A stretch of DNA of 64,000 bases from Eledone cirrhosa (taxonomy: Eukaryota): contig OZ024760.1 of NCBI GenBank assembly GCA_964016885.1, positions 13,392,001 to 13,456,000 of the forward strand, read 5' to 3'. Below are positions 58,403 to 64,000 of this stretch, piece after piece. The translations under genes were made by a program, and so were the position numbers. Position 1 is the first letter of the stretch; the number at the start of each line of letters is the position of its first letter. The notes under the pieces are model-generated. The model did no database searches, was not told the origin of the DNA, and worked only from the letters and a program-made list of their open reading frames with translations.

Positions 58403-58797
58403 TATGGTTTTGTAAATATAGTTTCCATTTATTTAATATCATTGAATATTTATTCCAGTAATTTGTTGAGTGCTCTAAATCAGTTATAAACATTTATGTT
58501 TGTCGGACTTCCAACAAATTAAATACAACTTCTACTTATATACATATATATATATATTTCATCATGAATGTGTATTCACTATAGTATCAATGTGTTCTGG
58601 CAACCTGTGAGATTCTCTAAAGTAATTAGGAAGAAAGTTACAGTAACTTTGATTACATGGAATCTATTCTAGTGTTCACTGTTATTGATTCTAGATACAA
58701 CCTGAAGAAATTATTAACTTCAACAAAAGGAAACTTTGGATATTTCCCACAAGGGATATCTAACTATGGTCTCTAATTTAGATAGTATCATATTATA

Positions 58798-58861
<64 letters not shown>

Positions 58862-58864
<3 letters not shown>

Positions 58865-59068
58865 CGAAGGAAATGTGGTAAGGAATCAAGTGGACCATAA
58901 CGCACCAAAGTACTCAATACTTAGGGTAGTAGAGTGGGTAATAGGAACGAGTAGGACCCCGACGGCTGAGCTCAAGCCGTTTCGACGGCTAATTCTGGAC
59001 TAAATTTAGTCCAGAATTAGCCGTCGAAACGGCTTGAGCTCAGCCGTCGGGGTCCTACTCGTTCCTAT
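58862..59068 (-). mobile_element. PLE pLTR remnant containing a perfect 128-bp palindrome (58941-59068)
   Basis: Arms checked base by base; each arm carries GAAA-cggct(tgagctc)agccg-TC-ggggtcc. Embedded in (TA)n. Confidence 0.7.
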
Positions 59069-59069
59069 A

Positions 59070-59123
<54 letters not shown>

Positions 59124-59237
59124 ACAGGTAATTAACTGTTGTGGAACTACTTCTACCTAACTCGTCCCATGGACTGAGTGCTCTACTACTGTGGATATAA
59201 CCCATCAGTGTTCTTCCAATGTATATATATATATATA

Positions 59238-59339
59238 TAGGGTATCCCCAAAAAATGGATATACACTTTGATTACTTGTATAGGCAATATTTATTAGAAT
59301 GCTGTTGAAGTGTGTATACATTTTTTTGAAACACCCTGT
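59238..59339. mobile_element. Tc1/mariner-type mini-MITE
   Basis: Imperfect TIRs agggtatccccaaaaaatggatatacactt / aagtgtgtatacatttttttgaaacaccct. Confidence 0.6.
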
Positions 59340-59415
59340 CTATATAGAAGATGCTGACAGCACTAGCTTTTAAACCAATATTTATATAAATATATATCTT
59401 TATTTGGTCACCTTT

Positions 59416-59466
<51 letters not shown>

Positions 59467-59687
59467 TCTACTGCAGCTTCCTTCCACTGGGATTTCTTGG
59501 TACTTTTTCATGCAACAACCACCATCCATAAATATTACATGTCCATACCAGCACCGTCTTCTCTCCTGCACAGTACATCTCATTCCTCTTCTGTCTCTTT
59601 CTTAACCCTTTCATCTATCTATCACTTTATGTATTAATTAGTACGTCTGACTGGAAAAGTGGACATAAAAAACGATGTTAATGATGA

Positions 59688-59756
<69 letters not shown>

Positions 59757-60634
59757 AATATATAAATACATATAAATGTATATATAAATATATAAATACA
59801 TAAATGTATATACATGTACATACATATGCATGTACATATACATACATACACACACATTCACTCATAGACTCACACATACACACAATAAATAACTTGTGAA
59901 GGATTTTCAGCTATAAGCAAGATTAAATGAAACTATGTGCGATAACTCTACTGCCGGAGGGAATCTAAGGCAGTAAAATGGTGGCTGTATTCGAAGTGAA
60001 TCGTTCTCACCATAAAGCGTTTGTTTAATGTATTTAAATCTCTGGCAAACCGACGAAAAGACAAACCAATGAATAAATGTCATGCCCAGTCATTGCTCAA
60101 TTCACAATACACAATACACATTTTCCCCCGGAACCATTTTGAATATAACACAATAGATTCCATTTCTGATTCCATTTCCATTGAATATAAATCACAGCTA
60201 ATCAGATCAATCGATATGATGTACTATTGAACAACGATGGAAATTTGATTTAAGATTTTATATGAGAAAAGCGTTTCTTGTTGTTGTTGTTGTGGTTGCT
60301 GTTGCTATTGCTGCTGTTGTTGTTGTTGTTGTTGTTGTTGGTGGTGAATATGTCATCTTGTCGCTGTCATGTGTGTGTCCTTTAATTATTATTGAACGTA
60401 TGTCTTAAAGTGGTGCTGAGTCAATATGACAGTTAAAGATTATAGTATTCTTACGCCATATTTTTATTTGGGAATATCACCGAAGTCCCAAAGGCAATGG
60501 TTTATCACAGAGAAAACTAATTCATATTAGAACAGTTGAGAAGACTAAAACAGAAAAAAACATAATTTGAAATAAAATGTTGTCCAATATCTTATATACA
60601 CATATATGTATGAATATATGTATATATATATATT

Positions 60635-60672
<38 letters not shown>

Positions 60673-62969
60673 GACATATACACACAAATATATATATAAA
60701 GATATACACAAACACCACGCATATATAAACATACATATATACACACACATGCAGATATATATATACATATGTGTGTGTGTGTGTATATACATATATATAT
60801 TATATGTGTGTGTGTATATATATATATATATATAGTGAGAGAGAGAAATATCTTAATGAAAAGTGTTTATATTCATCTAAAAATCTTTCATGATAATTTT
60901 AAATAAGAACTTTTTAAACAAGAATCTTTTCTTAAGTTATGTTCTAGCTTAACACCAGCTTAAAAATGAGAAAATTAGTTATTCTACTAAATCTTTCAAA
61001 AACTTGATTATTTTCCAAAATTAATTGAAATTTTGTTATAAATATGATAACAAAAGGGTTAATCCAACGGTCACACAGTTCTGCCTTGCATCCATTGAAG
61101 AAGTATGACTAGATAATTGCCACCCTGTGGTTTTACTGTCACAATAATTACAATTGTTAACAGATTCAGCTGACTGGCAGTTAATCTCTCGATAATTAGA
61201 TGGTTGTTATATATTTCTGGGGAAAAAAATATAATCAAGCTATGACTTTGTGAGGAATTTACTTGGCAAATATCTCTGAATCTCATTTGGGGCAGAATTA
61301 ATGAGCCTCGTTAATGTTTGAAATCTAGAAATAGTAAAATAGTAGTGCTAATAATAATAATAATAATGGTTTCTGATTTAGGCACAAGGCCAGCAATTTG
61401 AAGGGGGTGGGAGTCAATTAAATCAACCTCAGTGTATTACTGGTACTTTATTTTATTGATCCTGTAAGGATGAATGGCAGAGTTGACCTCGGCAGGATTT
61501 GAACTTGTACTGGGGGTGATAGTGATGATGATGATAATGGACAGTCATGATATTAGAGGTGGTGTAATAATGATGATGATAGTGATGATGGTAATGGTAA
61601 TGATGATGATGATGAGGAGGAGTATGGTGGTGGTGATAGTAGTGATGTTTATGATGATGATGATGATGATGATGACACTAATGATGAAGAGAAAGAAGAA
61701 AGAATGTTTCCTCCATCTTGTTTCCAATATTCTGTTAAGTGTCATGCGACCAACATCTTCCCTCATTAATTTAACAAAGGATTTAGATGTCATTGTATAT
61801 TAGATTTAGAGAGGGGGTGGGTGGAGGGGGAGGGGTAGAAGTGGGGAGGGGAAAGAGAGTGGGGAGGAGAGGAAGGGGAAGTAGAGAGTGAGGAAGGGAA
61901 AACAGGGGATTGAGAGTTGAGAGAAAAACATTTAGCCTCAAACTTTTTCTCTAGCACACACACACACACACTCACACACACACATGTACATACTCATACA
62001 AACAGACAGTCACTCTTCTTTTCTTACACTCACACATTCATAAACACACACATTTGTGTGTGTGTGTGTGGTGGGGTGTCCTATTAATCCTTTGATGAAG
62101 GGATTACATCCCGAAATATATAGGGACCTAAAAGATGTTCTCCTGTCTTGACCCCGGTTTGACTTTATTTCATATATCATTGTGCAGGTATTAAGGAAAG
62201 TCATTACAGAGATGTATTTTATAAGTACATATTGTAGATACACACACACACACATACACATACATGCAAATGCACACACACACACACAAATATACTTATT
62301 GATACAAATGTATTTCTGTTTAATTATGAAATAGATGTTTGTAGTTAATTAACTAAGAAACCACTATAATGTACAAACAAGTCAAATAAAAAAAAACAGA
62401 TTTTAATTCAATAATATTTCATCTAACATGAATAAGCATTACAAAAAACGTCTGTAAAATTCTCCTATAAAATTTATTGACAAAGATGACAATATTTAAC
62501 TGGTTTAAACCTTACAAGAGATAAAAGGCTGTGTTTAATTAGCCGCAAGCATGGTCTCTAGAGAATGTTACACACAGAACAATTAGTAGCTTCTAGAAGA
62601 TGCTATTGCCGAGTATAAGAAATATGGGACATGAAAAGGAACAATTCAATTATGGACTTTTAATTGACACTTCTCACTTCTCAAGTGTCGTATTAACACA
62701 CACACATAAAATGTGATAAACACACAAGCATACACACATATATATATACATATATACATCTACATGGCCATAGCCACATGGAGATACACACCCTCCTCCT
62801 CCACACATACAAGATTGTTGGATTGTGACTGATGGTGGTTCGGATTCCTGGATTCTTGGATTCTGCAAGCAAGGGTTGGACATATATATATATATACGCA
62901 TGTATATATATATATATACGCATGTATATATATATATATATATATATATACACGTTTCTATATATATAT

Positions 62970-64000
62970 AATAATAATAATAATGAAATTATTGTGTAAA
63001 GTGCTCAGGTGCACTACAACAAATGTCAGGGAAGTACATGTGTGTATGTGTTAGCTGTTCTGTTGGCGGATCTCGGGAAGCATGGAGGCCTTAAAGGATG
63101 CAGTGTCTCGACAGCTAACAACTGATGCAGGTAGTTTGTTCCATGCTTCAGCAACTCTGAGCGTGAAAAAATGTTTCCGAAAGTCATGGGAACTGTGCTG
63201 TTTTCTTACTTTGTGGGCATGTCCCGTGTGTTAGACACATGGAAATCGAAAAGGTACTCAGGGTTGTTGTTGGCAACATGGTTAACAATTTTGTGGGTGT
63301 TTACCAAGTCAGTTGCCAGGCGTCGGAGCTTCAATGAATCCATGTCCAGGGAAGCAAGGTGCTTAGAGTATGGTAGATGCCTGATGGAGGGTATTCACTT
63401 GGTTGCACGTCTCTGAACAGTTTCCAGGTGGTCAATGTCCTGAGCAAGATAGGGGTTCCAGACTGGTGATGCAAATTCTAAGTGTGGTCGCACCATAGCT
63501 GTATACAGCCTTAAATAGATATCTGGAGAGCGGCTGACAAAGGTCTTGCTGAGTGATGCTAAGACACCCTCGGCCCTCTTGACAATTTTAGAGACGTGCC
63601 TCGTCCAACGCAAATCGCTGCTGACCGTAATGCCCAGGTCACGTTCACAGGAAGACTTCTTGATATTAGTGCTGTGGAGGGGGTATGTGGACGCTGGGTT
63701 TTTACTCCCAAAATGCATAGTGGTGCACTTGTCCACAGCTAGCTTGAGTTGCCAGTCTGAGATCCACTGTTGCATTGTGTCCAGGTCAGACTGCAAGCAA
63801 GATCTATAGTGTTCAGGATCTGTCCTTTTTATCTCAAGGTACAGCTTGATGTCGTCTGCGTACTTTAGTACTGTGGCATTCCTTAAGTTGGCATCTATGT
63901 CATTAATATATGCCACAAACAAAAGGGGGCCAAAAACAGATCCCTGTGGTACACCAGATGACATCTCATATGGTGAGGAATGCTGTCCCAGAACCGTGAC
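62970..64000 (-). mobile_element. CR1-group LINE (RT region, runs off the window end), with a nonsense mutation
   Basis: SGVPQGSVFGPLLF, YADD, ERDLG and VRPHLEFAS motifs. TGA at 63395 where the 14209 copy has TGC; (TTA)n tail. Confidence 0.92.

Noticed and set aside
58700-58745. CTGAAGA...GAAA hammerhead-like cores (also near 42108 and 29010)
   Set aside because: No convincing stem I or stem II pairing.
63395-63397. TGA at a Cys codon in the CR1-group LINE as possible selenocysteine
   Set aside because: The sister copy at 14209 has TGC at a non-conserved position; simple decay.

Overview
AT-rich, microsatellite-laden animal genomic DNA; the repeat families and compound TA/TACA tracts suggest an octopod cephalopod (inference). 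Three multi-exon genes were hand-spliced, all on the minus strand. (1) A divergent SLC16/monocarboxylate-transporter-like MFS protein (5 coding exons, ~588 aa) with an N-terminal 16-aa tandem repeat. (2) VPS11 (HOPS/CORVET core; 28 exons and 894 codons traced, terminal exon unresolved), containing a U12-type intron with unusual AT-AA ends. (3) A 399-aa type II membrane sulfotransferase-fold protein whose PAPS-binding motifs look degenerate. The rest is mostly mobile DNA: young RTE LINEs with a PHD finger inside the RT, CR1-group LINE fragments, two tRNA-derived SINE families, a non-autonomous Helitron, MITEs, and many Penelope-like element (PLE) remnants. The PLE remnants carry minimal hammerhead ribozyme motifs. 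Three unrelated 120-130 bp palindromes all fold back at a hammerhead stem II. One PLE GIY-YIG fragment has TGA exactly at a conserved Cys. Most long ORFs in the supplied track are microsatellite artefacts. All calls are by eye; no searches were run.
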